Below, in pieces: positions 19,126 through 27,385 of a DNA stretch of 64,000 nucleotides. This stretch comes from a virus. Both the position numbers and the translations under genes were made by a program. Numbering within the stretch: position 1 is the stretch's first letter; every line of letters starts with the position of its first letter. The notes beneath the pieces were generated by a model that was not told where the DNA came from, did no database searches, and saw nothing but the letters and a program-made list of their open reading frames with translations. Where the stretch lies: IMG/VR virus record IMGVR_UViG_3300042484_002006; one strand, given 5' to 3'.

Positions 19126-19275
19126 ATGGCTAAGGATAAAGGTTGGGGAAGCAAGACTTCTTCAGACAACAATTATTATAAATTATTGAAAGATTCAGTA
19201 ATGAACGTTATCGATACTCCACGTAAAGGTGGACATTATTCAAGTCAGTGGACGGCTTACAAGAATAAAAAGTAA
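19126..19275 (+). CDS. small basic protein (49 aa)
   Basis: MAKDKGWGSK...AYKNKK with an AAGGTGG RBS. Not in the ORF track. Confidence 0.6.
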   Translation: MAKDKGWGSKTSSDNNYYKLLKDSVMNVIDTPRKGGHYSSQWTAYKNKK

Positions 19276-19277
19276 CC

Positions 19278-19391
19278 ATGGCAATAAAGAAATTTGTCTA
19301 TATAAGTGGACCTAGAATGGGAACCAGCAACCAAAACAGTGGTGGTCCCGTTATATCTAAAGCACCAAAGAAAAAGAAAAAAAAGAAATAA
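19278..19391 (+). CDS. small basic protein with poly-Lys tail (37 aa)
   Basis: MAIKKFVYISGPRMG...APKKKKKKK, starting 2 nt after the previous stop. Confidence 0.55.
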   Translation: MAIKKFVYISGPRMGTSNQNSGGPVISKAPKKKKKKK

Positions 19392-19418
19392 CTTTATCTT
19401 ATTTAGTCAGGAACAACA

Positions 19419-19706
19419 ATGCCCACAAAAAAAGATTCACGTCTAACTAAAGCTGGGGTTACTGGCTACAATAAACCTAAGCGTACGCCCAGTCATCCCA
19501 CTAAGTCACATGTAGTTGTGGCTAAGTCCGGTGATAAAGTTAAAACCATTCGCTTTGGACAGCAAGGTGTATCTGGATCTCCCGCGAAAAAGGGTGAATC
19601 CGCTTCTGACGCAGCAAGAAGAAAGTCTTTTAAAGCACGCCACGCAGCAAACATTGCAAAAGGTAAATTGTCAGCAGCTTTTTGGGCCAATAAAGTTAAA
19701 TGGTGA
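19419..19706 (+). CDS. conserved-type small basic phage protein
   Basis: KPKRTPSHPTKSHVV...KTIRFGQQG...RRKSFKARH...SAAFWANKVKW, a pattern familiar from environmental phages. Confidence 0.7.
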   Translation: MPTKKDSRLTKAGVTGYNKPKRTPSHPTKSHVVVAKSGDKVKTIRFGQQGVSGSPAKKGESASDAARRKSFKARHAANIAKGKLSAAFWANKVKW

Positions 19707-19709
19707 ATC

Positions 19710-19976
19710 ATGTCAGCTTTCTGGTCTACAATCATTTCAGCTGTAATTTTGGGGCCACTAGTTGTACTCATTCAGAGAAGCCGTAAAGAAAATAAAAATG
19801 ATCATAACACAGTAGCTTCTGTCTTACTAGAGGTTAAGGACCAAATCATTGACCTCCATCTAAAGATAGACCATGTAGATGAGCAGGTCGACAAAGTTGA
19901 CGACCAAATGCAGGGTCACATGATGTGGCATTACAAGAAATCTACTGAAGGAAAGAAAAAAGTAGAGGGGGTGTAA
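19710..19976 (+). CDS. single-TM coiled-coil protein (holin-like/lysis-associated)
   Basis: N-terminal TM FWSTIISAVILGPLVVLI, then heptad-like LKIDHVDEQVDKVDDQM. Confidence 0.55.
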   Translation: MSAFWSTIISAVILGPLVVLIQRSRKENKNDHNTVASVLLEVKDQIIDLHLKIDHVDEQVDKVDDQMQGHMMWHYKKSTEGKKKVEGV

Positions 19977-19978
19977 TT

Positions 19979-20092
19979 ATGGCTGGTCACGTCGGAAATA
20001 AAAAAATGAGTGGATCTAAGAAGATGAGCACTAAAAAAATGAGTACCAAGAAAATGGGTACTAAGAAAATGGGTACCAAGAAAATGTACTGA
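19979..20092 (+). CDS. basic micro-protein with KKM(S/G)T repeats (37 aa)
   Basis: MAGHVGNKKMSGSKKMSTKKMSTKKMGTKKMGTKKMY. 15-nt repeat unit with synonymous variation. Confidence 0.65.
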   Translation: MAGHVGNKKMSGSKKMSTKKMSTKKMGTKKMGTKKMY

Positions 20093-20133
20093 AATTAATT
20101 TTCAGTCTTAGTTTAAGGCAAAGGAATAAAATT

Positions 20134-20268
20134 ATGGCAATGATGAAAAAGAAAGCAGCTGCACCTAAGAAGACAGCTTCAAAAAAGACAGCTGGTCTTA
20201 CAGCGGCACAAAAGAAACTTCCACCTTTTATCCAGGCTGCAATAGCTAAGAAAAAGAAGAAGATGTAA
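20134..20268 (+). CDS. histone H1/HC2-like Lys/Ala-rich micro-protein (44 aa)
   Basis: MAMMKKKAAAPKKTASKKTAG...IAKKKKKM with an AAGGA RBS. Confidence 0.65.
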   Translation: MAMMKKKAAAPKKTASKKTAGLTAAQKKLPPFIQAAIAKKKKKM

Positions 20269-20284
20269 TTTAATCGTTTTAATT

Positions 20285-20320
20285 AAAAGGGCTATGGCTA
20301 CATGTCATAGCCCTTTTTTT
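20285..20320. terminator. rho-independent (bidirectional-type) terminator
   Basis: AAAAGGGCTATG-gctacatgt-CATAGCCCTTTTTTT. Confidence 0.85.
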
Positions 20321-20330
20321 ATTTGTGTCA

Positions 20331-20337
20331 TTACTAT
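20331..20337 (+). promoter_or_regulatory. YTACTAT putative phage promoter element
   Basis: TTACTAT 35 nt upstream of ATG 20373, right after a terminator. The motif recurs upstream of many genes (see findings). Confidence 0.55.
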
Positions 20338-20372
20338 ATCTCCCGCGGACAAGTTAAAAAATTGAGGGAGAT

Positions 20373-21788
20373 ATGTCTAAATTCAAAAATATTTTATCAG
20401 TATTGCTAATAACAATAGGTATTGGATTGTTTTTAAATCCAGTTAGTAACTCATCAGTAGCATTGGCTACTAGTGGCGGTGGTGGACCAATCGTATTAGA
20501 TGGAATGGATCCAGTTTGTCACTCTGGATGGGAAAGTACTGGACAATATATAGCCAAGGTTCTTAAGAAGGTACATGATGGTGCGCGAAATCTAAACAAT
20601 GGCCATATTGCAATTGTCGGATCTAACGCAACAACCACTTCATGTGGGGCTAACTGGGCCAGTCAATTAAGTGCACAGTTTTTAGTTGAATTTCCCACTG
20701 CTCCTATAATTGATTTTTATATTACAGATTCACAAATAAGCAATTTTTTTAGTACTACAATTACGTCTAATCCTCCAGCTGTATTATGGATACCAGATAA
20801 CTGGAGTCGTTCATCCGGCACTGAAGCAATATTTACAGCCAATGCAGAAAAGATAGCTGACTTTGTTAATGGTGGTGGCGGTCTGTTTGCAAATATGGGA
20901 TCGTACGGTTGGCTGACTGCACTTTTACCTGGCGCTATCTATAATAATGGAGGGTGCAATGGTGGACCAGAAGCTACAACTGATGGGGTAAATGATTTTG
21001 GTTTAACAAATACACTTGTAGCTGCGTGCTGGCATGGGTATTTCACCGGCAATGTAGGAACATTAAAGACTCTTGTCGACTACCCATATCCAGAAGCATC
21101 CGACTCTAGAAAGGCTGTTTCCATTGGAGGTGGCAGTGTATCTCTTCCTAGTTCTTTTGTACTATCATATAGTCCTGCAACCCCTCGTGCAGGTGAGCCA
21201 ATTACTATTACAGCAACGGCTCAAACTTTAGCTGGAGTACCACAGTCTGGAGTCACAGTATCAATGACAGTTTTCTCTGGTCCAGATTTAGGGCAAACCT
21301 TTACCGCAACAACTGATGCAAGTGGTATAGCTAACATCACTGTCAACACGGCATCGCAGGGCACGGCAGTTTATACCGCTAGTGCAACGGTTAATGGTGT
21401 AGTTAAAGTTGTCTCAATTACGGTTTTATGGGATGCGCCAGCGCCTACTACGACTATTGCAACAACGACGATTGCTCCCACTACTATCCCCCTAACTACA
21501 GTTCCCGAAACAACTACAACTCAAGCCCCTATCGTAACTGAACCCGAAACTACAACTACTATTATGAATGTTACAACAGTGCCACAAATAATCGTGGAGG
21601 AAACCACAACAACAGTTCACGACCACAGTAGTCATGATCATGGGTCACAAGATACTCCGCAGAGCCCACTTCCAACGACAGGGCAAGACGGTAGTTCATC
21701 TATGAGTATCGGCGCGTTTTTGATTACTATAGGTATAGCAATATTTATATTGAATCGAAGGACTAGAAAATATGGCAAAGCCAGTTGA
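20373..21788 (+). CDS. LPXTG-type cell-surface protein (signal peptide, GATase1-like domain, Ig/Big_1 domain, Thr-rich stalk)
   Basis: N-terminal signal peptide, IADFVNGGGGLF, ATTDASGIA Ig-like repeat, PETTTT stalk, then LPTTG + hydrophobic TM + RRTRK tail. Confidence 0.75.
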   Translation: MSKFKNILSVLLITIGIGLFLNPVSNSSVALATSGGGGPIVLDGMDPVCHSGWESTGQYIAKVLKKVHDGARNLNNGHIAIVGSNATTTSCGANWASQLSAQFLVEFPTAPIIDFYITDSQISNFFSTTITSNPPAVLWIPDNWSRSSGTEAIFTANAEKIADFVNGGGGLFANMGSYGWLTALLPGAIYNNGGCNGGPEATTDGVNDFGLTNTLVAACWHGYFTGNVGTLKTLVDYPYPEASDSRKAVSIGGGSVSLPSSFVLSYSPATPRAGEPITITATAQTLAGVPQSGVTVSMTVFSGPDLGQTFTATTDASGIANITVNTASQGTAVYTASATVNGVVKVVSITVLWDAPAPTTTIATTTIAPTTIPLTTVPETTTTQAPIVTEPETTTTIMNVTTVPQIIVEETTTTVHDHSSHDHGSQDTPQSPLPTTGQDGSSSMSIGAFLITIGIAIFILNRRTRKYGKAS

Positions 21789-21981
21789 TAAAAAATGGAT
21801 TCAAAAAGCCATTAAAAGACCTGGGGCATTTACAGCTAAAGCTAAAAAAGCTGGTAAAACTCCAGCAGGCTTTGCTGCAACAGTTACAAAAAATCCAGGT
21901 AGATATAGTAAACTAACTGTACAGCAGGCTAATTTTGCTAAGACTTTGAAAAAAATAACAAATAAAAATAGGAAAAAATGA
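21772..21981 (+). CDS. small basic phage protein
   Basis: KKWIQKAIKRPGAFTAKAKKAG...QANFAKTLKK. Confidence 0.7.
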   Translation: MAKPVDKKWIQKAIKRPGAFTAKAKKAGKTPAGFAATVTKNPGRYSKLTVQQANFAKTLKKITNKNRKK

Positions 21982-22631
21982 GAATAAATAGACCTTACAC
22001 TGGTACAAAAGATGTAAATTCTAACATGAGCCAAAGAAAAAGGCCTGGAACGAAAACGCTTCTTGATTATATTTGTTATTTCTTTCAAATGCAACAGGTT
22101 AGTTTTCTTAATGACACCATAACCTCTGTGCATTATACAGGTAGAGCTATTGATGTTGGCCCTATAGTTCCAGCAGGTGGTGATTATAGATATCTAAATA
22201 TAAATTTGTTCAGATTTTTGAATAAATATGCAGATGATTTAGGGATAGAAGAGATCCATGATTATAGTGGAATATATGTTCCAGGAACCAAAACACCTAC
22301 CGTCAAAAGTTATCCAAGACTTGCTACAGATCCTCCAGAAAAATATCCACAAAAAAATATGTATGGAGCTGGCTATCGATGTGATAGAGGATCCAAAACG
22401 CTTCCGGTAGCATCAGGGAATTATTATGGGTCATCAGATAATTTTTATGGGTGGCTGATTTGGGATGAAAAAGCTCATAAATCTCACGGTGGGAAGACCC
22501 GTGGAAGCACTCATATACACATAGAAGTCAGCCCTAAAATGTCAGAAAACTCAATAGAGATGTCGAACAGATTCTTGAAAGGTTATAAGAATTTTACCAA
22601 GATCTATGGTGGTTGGGTAAGTTTTGCATAG
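21978..22631 (+). CDS. peptidase M15-like (LAS-fold) protein
   Basis: SVHYTGRAIDV and THIHIEV metal-binding motifs. Confidence 0.6.
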   Translation: MRINRPYTGTKDVNSNMSQRKRPGTKTLLDYICYFFQMQQVSFLNDTITSVHYTGRAIDVGPIVPAGGDYRYLNINLFRFLNKYADDLGIEEIHDYSGIYVPGTKTPTVKSYPRLATDPPEKYPQKNMYGAGYRCDRGSKTLPVASGNYYGSSDNFYGWLIWDEKAHKSHGGKTRGSTHIHIEVSPKMSENSIEMSNRFLKGYKNFTKIYGGWVSFA

Positions 22632-22705
22632 CATATATGAAGTAATTTCAATATGCCTTATTTATCATTACTATGATATCAAATAAGAAAATAGGAGATT
22701 AATAC

Positions 22706-23518
22706 ATGAGTCAATACCCTTACATAAAACTAGTTGTCCCAACTGCCCTTAAGCAATACAAGAATGGCCAATTAGCGGAAAGCGTCCTCGCTTCAGTAAA
22801 AACTGGAGGAAAAATGTATGCACCAGTCGCAGCACAATTTGATAAGATGTACGACGCTGCGTTAGCTGCTGGTTTTAAGCTTAAAAACGTTGGAGATTAC
22901 CGCTCATTCCAGGGTCAGTTGTCAATGTTTATGGATCGCTATGTAACAACTGACACTGGCACTGGTGTTACTCGTCAATATGAGGGTAAGACTTGGTGGT
23001 TGAAGAAGGGCAAAGCTCCCTCAGCTGCCCCAGACCCAACTGGCCTTAAGGGTTCCAATCACGGCTGGGGACTAGCAATTGACCTTGGCTATGACGCCAA
23101 TGGCAAACTCACCTCAATGGGTGGAAAATGTTTTGAGTGGATGTGCGCCAATGCACCAAAGTATGGTTTCTACCTACAAGGTAATAACGCAGCCTCTAAA
23201 GAATTTGAAGCTTGGCACTGGCAGTACGCTTTAGGCGACTCTTCGCCTGATGGCTCTGTGCAAGTTTCAGCAGAGGCTTTAAAGCCCTCTGGAGGCTCCG
23301 TAGAGGCTGGCCCCATGAACTTTGAGTACCCTGGTACTCCAGTCGGTCTTGGGTCAAAGGGAGTATCAGCTTCTCTTGTCCAAGCAATGATTGGAGCAAA
23401 AGCTGATGGTGATTTTGGACCCAAGTCTGTCGCCTCGCTTAAGGCATGGCAGACTGCTAATGGCTTAACCGCCGATGGCTCAGTAGGCCCTGTGACTTGG
23501 AAGAAGATGTTTGGCTGA
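22706..23518 (+). CDS. endolysin: M15B/VanY-like peptidase + peptidoglycan-binding domain
   Basis: YRSFQGQ, SNHGWGLAID and EAWHW. C-terminal ADGDFGPKS...WQTANGLTADGSVGPVTW. Confidence 0.88.
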   Translation: MSQYPYIKLVVPTALKQYKNGQLAESVLASVKTGGKMYAPVAAQFDKMYDAALAAGFKLKNVGDYRSFQGQLSMFMDRYVTTDTGTGVTRQYEGKTWWLKKGKAPSAAPDPTGLKGSNHGWGLAIDLGYDANGKLTSMGGKCFEWMCANAPKYGFYLQGNNAASKEFEAWHWQYALGDSSPDGSVQVSAEALKPSGGSVEAGPMNFEYPGTPVGLGSKGVSASLVQAMIGAKADGDFGPKSVASLKAWQTANGLTADGSVGPVTWKKMFG

Positions 23519-23709
23519 TGCGTAAAGTAATTTTAACATTAGCAGCTGTGTTAGGTGCATTTTGCATGGGATTATTAAGCGGATGTAGTGATTCGTACAG
23601 GTATCCATGTCAGGATCCAGCTAACTGGGAGAGTGCGGATTGTAAACCACCAATTTGTACAGCTTCTGGCACATGTCCAGAAGATATATATGGGAGTGTT
23701 CCTCAATGA
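23518..23709 (+). CDS. small Cys-rich lipoprotein
   Basis: Signal peptide with lipobox-like LLSGC. Four further Cys. TGATG overlap with the endolysin. Confidence 0.65.
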   Translation: MRKVILTLAAVLGAFCMGLLSGCSDSYRYPCQDPANWESADCKPPICTASGTCPEDIYGSVPQ

Positions 23710-24011
23710 ATGAAAAGAAAAGATATACAAATAGTGAAATAAAAGCTCGTATGGTTTTATTTGTGGGTGCGACTTTAGCATTTACATTTACGGTTATTGT
23801 TTGTGGCGTAATGTACGCTTTAGTATTCGTTACTCAGCCAATCGACCAACAAAGCCCCAATGACAAAGCTTTTATTGATTCCCTGTTAGTTCCAATAGTT
23901 CTATTCCTTTCCGGATGTTTGTCAGGAGTTCTCGCAGCAAACGGTTTGAAGGACAAGGAAACAAAGCCTACAGATAGCGGATATCAGATTTACGATCAAG
24001 ATAGAAGCTAA
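23706..24011 (+). CDS. two-TM membrane protein (holin candidate)
   Basis: Two hydrophobic segments and an ATGA overlap with the lipoprotein. Confidence 0.6.
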   Translation: MNEKKRYTNSEIKARMVLFVGATLAFTFTVIVCGVMYALVFVTQPIDQQSPNDKAFIDSLLVPIVLFLSGCLSGVLAANGLKDKETKPTDSGYQIYDQDRS

Positions 24012-24013
24012 TT

Positions 24014-24130
24014 ATGACAGCCAAAAAAGCATCTGATAAAATTAAAAAAGAAATTGAAAAAGATAAAAAAAACAAAGGTCAGTTTTATAAAGATGATTAT
24101 GAAAAAAATTTAAAGAAAAGAAAAAAGTAA
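24014..24130 (+). CDS. small Lys-rich protein (38 aa)
   Basis: MTAKKASDKIKKEIEKDKKNKG..., with a TAATG overlap onto the next gene. Confidence 0.5.
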   Translation: MTAKKASDKIKKEIEKDKKNKGQFYKDDYEKNLKKRKK

Positions 24131-24306
24131 TGGCAGAGAAAAGAAATGTTCCAAAGAATCCAAAGCTATGGAGTCAAGCTAAGTCGCAAGCAAAATCAAA
24201 GTTTGATGTCTATCCTTCAGCATATGCAAATGCTTGGGCGGCTAAAAAGTATAAAGCGTTGGGCGGGGCATGGAAAACTACTTCAGCTCCCAGAAAAAAG
24301 AAATGA
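24130..24306 (+). CDS. small basic phage protein (58 aa)
   Basis: PKNPKLWSQAK...FDVYPSAYANAWAAKKYKALGGAW. The ORF track lists only a shadow frame here. Confidence 0.7.
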   Translation: MAEKRNVPKNPKLWSQAKSQAKSKFDVYPSAYANAWAAKKYKALGGAWKTTSAPRKKK

Positions 24307-24312
24307 TATAAT

Positions 24313-24585
24313 ATGGCTGGCCCAAAAGGTGTAGGCTTAACTAAATGGTTTAATCAAAAATGGGTTAACATTGGTGCACCTAAGAAGAATGGTAAGTGGC
24401 AACCCTGTGGAACCTCTGGTAAGGGTGGCGGATATGCCAAGTGTCTACCAGTAGCAAAAGCAAATGCACTTTCGCCCGCGCAAAGAAAGAGTGCAGTACA
24501 AAGAAAAAGAGCACAAGGCACGCCAGTCAAAGGGGCTAAAGGGCAAGCTCCAAGGAATGTATCAACTCTTAAGAAGAAAAAATAA
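24313..24585 (+). CDS. small basic phage protein (DUF5872-like)
   Basis: GLTKWFNQKWVNIG...PCG...KCLP...RKSAVQRKR. Confidence 0.65.
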   Translation: MAGPKGVGLTKWFNQKWVNIGAPKKNGKWQPCGTSGKGGGYAKCLPVAKANALSPAQRKSAVQRKRAQGTPVKGAKGQAPRNVSTLKKKK

Positions 24586-24794
24586 TGGATGATATGACCT
24601 TTGCTGGTTTTATGCCAGCAATGAAGAATATAGAAATTACTCCATCAACTTCAATGATAACAACAGAGGGCGGATTAATCAAGGGGCATGTGATAAAATT
24701 GACGTTTGGAGATAATCAAGAAATGATTTTCAGCACTACCGAAGAACAACTACAGAAATTATTCTTTTTAATTTTAAAAACAGTTAATAAATAA
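24585..24794 (+). CDS. hypothetical protein
   Basis: 69 aa ORF with TAATG coupling. Confidence 0.55.
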   Translation: MDDMTFAGFMPAMKNIEITPSTSMITTEGGLIKGHVIKLTFGDNQEMIFSTTEEQLQKLFFLILKTVNK

Positions 24795-24809
24795 ATTACT
24801 ATTATAAAG

Positions 24810-24848
24810 TGGTGGTGTGGTGTGACTTTAGAGAGCACTGCACCACCA
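24810..24848 (+). other. 13-bp RNA-type hairpin with G-U pairs
   Basis: TGGTGGTGTGGTG / CACTGCACCACCA, lying between TTACTAT (24796-802) and an extended -10 TGTTATAAT (24853-61). Confidence 0.55.
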
Positions 24849-24905
24849 TTTGTGTTATAATGATTACAGCGATTAAATACATAAGCCAGACTGAAACAGG
24901 TACAT

Positions 24906-25664
24906 ATGGCAAAGATACTTTATTATGATATAGAAACTGCACCAAACCTCAGTTATGTTTGGGGGCACTTTGAACAAAATGTTATTGAACATGAACGCGA
25001 ATGGTACTTACTGTGCGTCTCATATAGATGGGAACATGAAAATAAAACACAAGTCTGTGCTCTCGTAGATTTCCCAGACACCTATGCTAAAGACCCAGAA
25101 AATGATATACATGTTGCAAAGAAGTTATGGGACCTCTTAGATGAAGCTGATATCGTTATTGCTCATAATGGAGATAGATTCGATATGCGTAAAGCAAATG
25201 CAAGATTTGTTTACCACAATCTAGGACCGGTCTCGCCAGTAAAACAAATTGATACATTAAAATCTGCCAGAAGATACTTTATGTTCAATAGCAATAAGCT
25301 AGATAACTTAGGTAAGCACTTGGGCGTAGGTGCCAAGGTGGATACGGGCGGCTTTGCTACATGGGCTGGATGCATGCGTGGAGACATGAAGGCATGGAAG
25401 ACTATGACAAAGTATGCCAAACAAGACGTTGACTTGTTGCGTAATGTCTATATGAAACTGAGACCATGGATGGCTAATCATCCAAATCTTAATGTATATT
25501 CAGGAGAAAGCTCTTGTCCAATATGTGAATCAGAAGATCTTCAACGTCGTGGACAACGATACACTCAAGTAGCAACGTACCAACAGTGGTACTGCAACTC
25601 ATGCGGAGCATGGAGTAGAACTAGAATGTCAGAAGATGTGGAAAAACCTGGTATAGTTTCCTAA
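24906..25664 (+). CDS. DEDD-family (RNase H-like) 3'-5' exonuclease with C-terminal Zn ribbon
   Basis: YDIET, AHNGDRFD and YAKQDV. CPIC...CNSC. Confidence 0.85.
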   Translation: MAKILYYDIETAPNLSYVWGHFEQNVIEHEREWYLLCVSYRWEHENKTQVCALVDFPDTYAKDPENDIHVAKKLWDLLDEADIVIAHNGDRFDMRKANARFVYHNLGPVSPVKQIDTLKSARRYFMFNSNKLDNLGKHLGVGAKVDTGGFATWAGCMRGDMKAWKTMTKYAKQDVDLLRNVYMKLRPWMANHPNLNVYSGESSCPICESEDLQRRGQRYTQVATYQQWYCNSCGAWSRTRMSEDVEKPGIVS

Positions 25665-25672
25665 TAAATTTA

Positions 25673-25766
25673 GGAGAGGTGCCAGAGTTCGGTTGAATGG
25701 AACATCCTGCTAAGATGTCGACGTTTGAAAAAATGTCCGTGGGTTCAAATCCCACCCTCTCCGCCA
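25673..25766 (+). tRNA. trnS: tRNA-Ser(GCT)
   Basis: Acceptor GGAGAGG/CCTCTCC + GCCA. Anticodon stem ACATC/GATGT with loop CTGCTAA. Long variable arm. T-arm GTGGG-TTCAAAT-CCCAC. Confidence 0.95.
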
Positions 25767-25790
25767 AATACTATTTTTAAAGAAGGAAAT

Positions 25791-26651
25791 ATGAAAGTTC
25801 TTATATTAGGTGCTGGCGGTGTTGTCGGTCAGCATATGAAAATTAATGAGCCAAAAGATGTTGAAGTAATTTATTCAAGAAAGACTTCTAGTCCCGGATG
25901 GTATGGGATAGATGTTGATCATCAAGATGTTCGGAAAGATTTAGACATTATAAATCCAGATGTAATTATCAATTTAGCTGGAGAGAATAGAGTTGATGTT
26001 GTTGAATCGGATCCACAAAAATATGTAAGCGTAAATGTTGATTTAGTTAAAACATTATGCACATGGGTAACGAAGAACGATAAGTACTTGATACAAGGAA
26101 GTACTCAGGGTATTTTTAGCGGAGATAACTCATGCTACAATACTACTGATATAGCGCATCCTCTAACTCATTATGGAAAACAAAAACTAACTGCTGAACA
26201 TATAGTTTTAGCTCATCAAAATACAGAAATATGTAGATTAACTTTCGTAATTGGAGTAAGACCTTTCCAGGATATTGGTCGCAAGAATCCTTTAGAGTCA
26301 ATGATAGAAGATGAAGTGCAGCTCCAAGTTGATGATCGATTTTTTTCTCCACTGTTTGCACAAGATGCCGCAAAGATTCTTTGGAATAGAGCTTTAGATT
26401 TTAAGAACGCTAAAGAAAAAATAGTTCATTTAGGCATTCCGATAAAGTGTAGCAGATTTGCTATAGCACGAGATTTAAAGTATAATGTACACGGATGCAT
26501 TAACCCTATAATCAAAGGTGTATCTCACGAGCACTTTAAAGGTATTGCTCCAAGACCTAAAGATACAACTTGGTGTAAGTCATTGTATATAGATTCCTAC
26601 GAAGAAGGATTAATGTCCTCATATTTATTATGGGAGAAAGTGAAAAAATGA
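25791..26651 (+). CDS. rmlD: RmlD-like dTDP-4-dehydrorhamnose reductase / extended SDR
   Basis: LILGAGGVVG, PDVIINLAG and HYGKQK (YxxxK). True start is ATG 25791; the track's 5' extension runs through the tRNA. Confidence 0.8.
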   Translation: MKVLILGAGGVVGQHMKINEPKDVEVIYSRKTSSPGWYGIDVDHQDVRKDLDIINPDVIINLAGENRVDVVESDPQKYVSVNVDLVKTLCTWVTKNDKYLIQGSTQGIFSGDNSCYNTTDIAHPLTHYGKQKLTAEHIVLAHQNTEICRLTFVIGVRPFQDIGRKNPLESMIEDEVQLQVDDRFFSPLFAQDAAKILWNRALDFKNAKEKIVHLGIPIKCSRFAIARDLKYNVHGCINPIIKGVSHEHFKGIAPRPKDTTWCKSLYIDSYEEGLMSSYLLWEKVKK

Positions 26652-27385
26652 ATATAGATAACCAGGCAGAACTTATTTCAGGATTTTTAGGAATAAGTTT
26701 AAAGGATGCAAAAGATAGATTGAGTCTTGGATTTCATGCAAATCATCATGAAGTGGCTAAAGATTTCATTGACAACAGCACTAATGTAGACGATCCTAAT
26801 TCTTTATTGAATTGGTATAGAACTACAGACTCATATATATGGGAACTATCTGCGTATCACTTGGATGAGGGATTTAATTACAAGGGTATGTGTGAGGGAA
26901 TTTCCTTAGGTTTATTTCATTCTGGAAAAAAGAATGTTTTAAGCATTGGTGATGGAATTGGAACTCTTAGTTTGCGAATGGCCGAGCAGGGCATTAAGAC
27001 AACATACCATGATTTGGAAAATAGTAAAACAGCTAACTTTGCACAGTACCGATTTAGCAAGCGCCCTGATCTAGATATCAAAACTTTATTCACTGATAGC
27101 TTTGCGCCAACAATTGGTAGCAATAAGTTTGACGGTGTTGTCGCCCTAGATTTTCTCGAGCATGTCGTAAACGTAGATGAATGGGCTTTAGCTATTTTTA
27201 ATTGCCTAAAGAAAAACGGTGTGTTCATTCCTAATAACGCATTCGGAATAGGCGACGCTGAGCATGGAAATTCTATCCCGATGCACCTAGCCATTAATAA
27301 TAAATATGAATGGGAATGGGATCCTATGTTAGTAAGAATAGGTTTTGTACGCCATGAAAACGGACAGTGGTGGGTGAAGCCATGA
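26648..27385 (+). CDS. class I SAM-dependent methyltransferase
   Basis: VLSIGDGIGTL, YHDL and FDGVVALDFLEHV...LKKNG. Confidence 0.8.
   Translation: MNIDNQAELISGFLGISLKDAKDRLSLGFHANHHEVAKDFIDNSTNVDDPNSLLNWYRTTDSYIWELSAYHLDEGFNYKGMCEGISLGLFHSGKKNVLSIGDGIGTLSLRMAEQGIKTTYHDLENSKTANFAQYRFSKRPDLDIKTLFTDSFAPTIGSNKFDGVVALDFLEHVVNVDEWALAIFNCLKKNGVFIPNNAFGIGDAEHGNSIPMHLAINNKYEWEWDPMLVRIGFVRHENGQWWVKP

Noticed and set aside
22631-22656. GCATAT-a-TGAA/TTCA-ATATGC hairpin as a terminator
   Set aside because: The stem is AT-rich and bulged with a weak U-tract, so support is insufficient.
25725-25790. N-terminal extension MKKCPWVQIPPSPP of the RmlD-like ORF
   Set aside because: It overlaps the tRNA-Ser 3' half. 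GAAGGA before ATG 25791 marks the real start.
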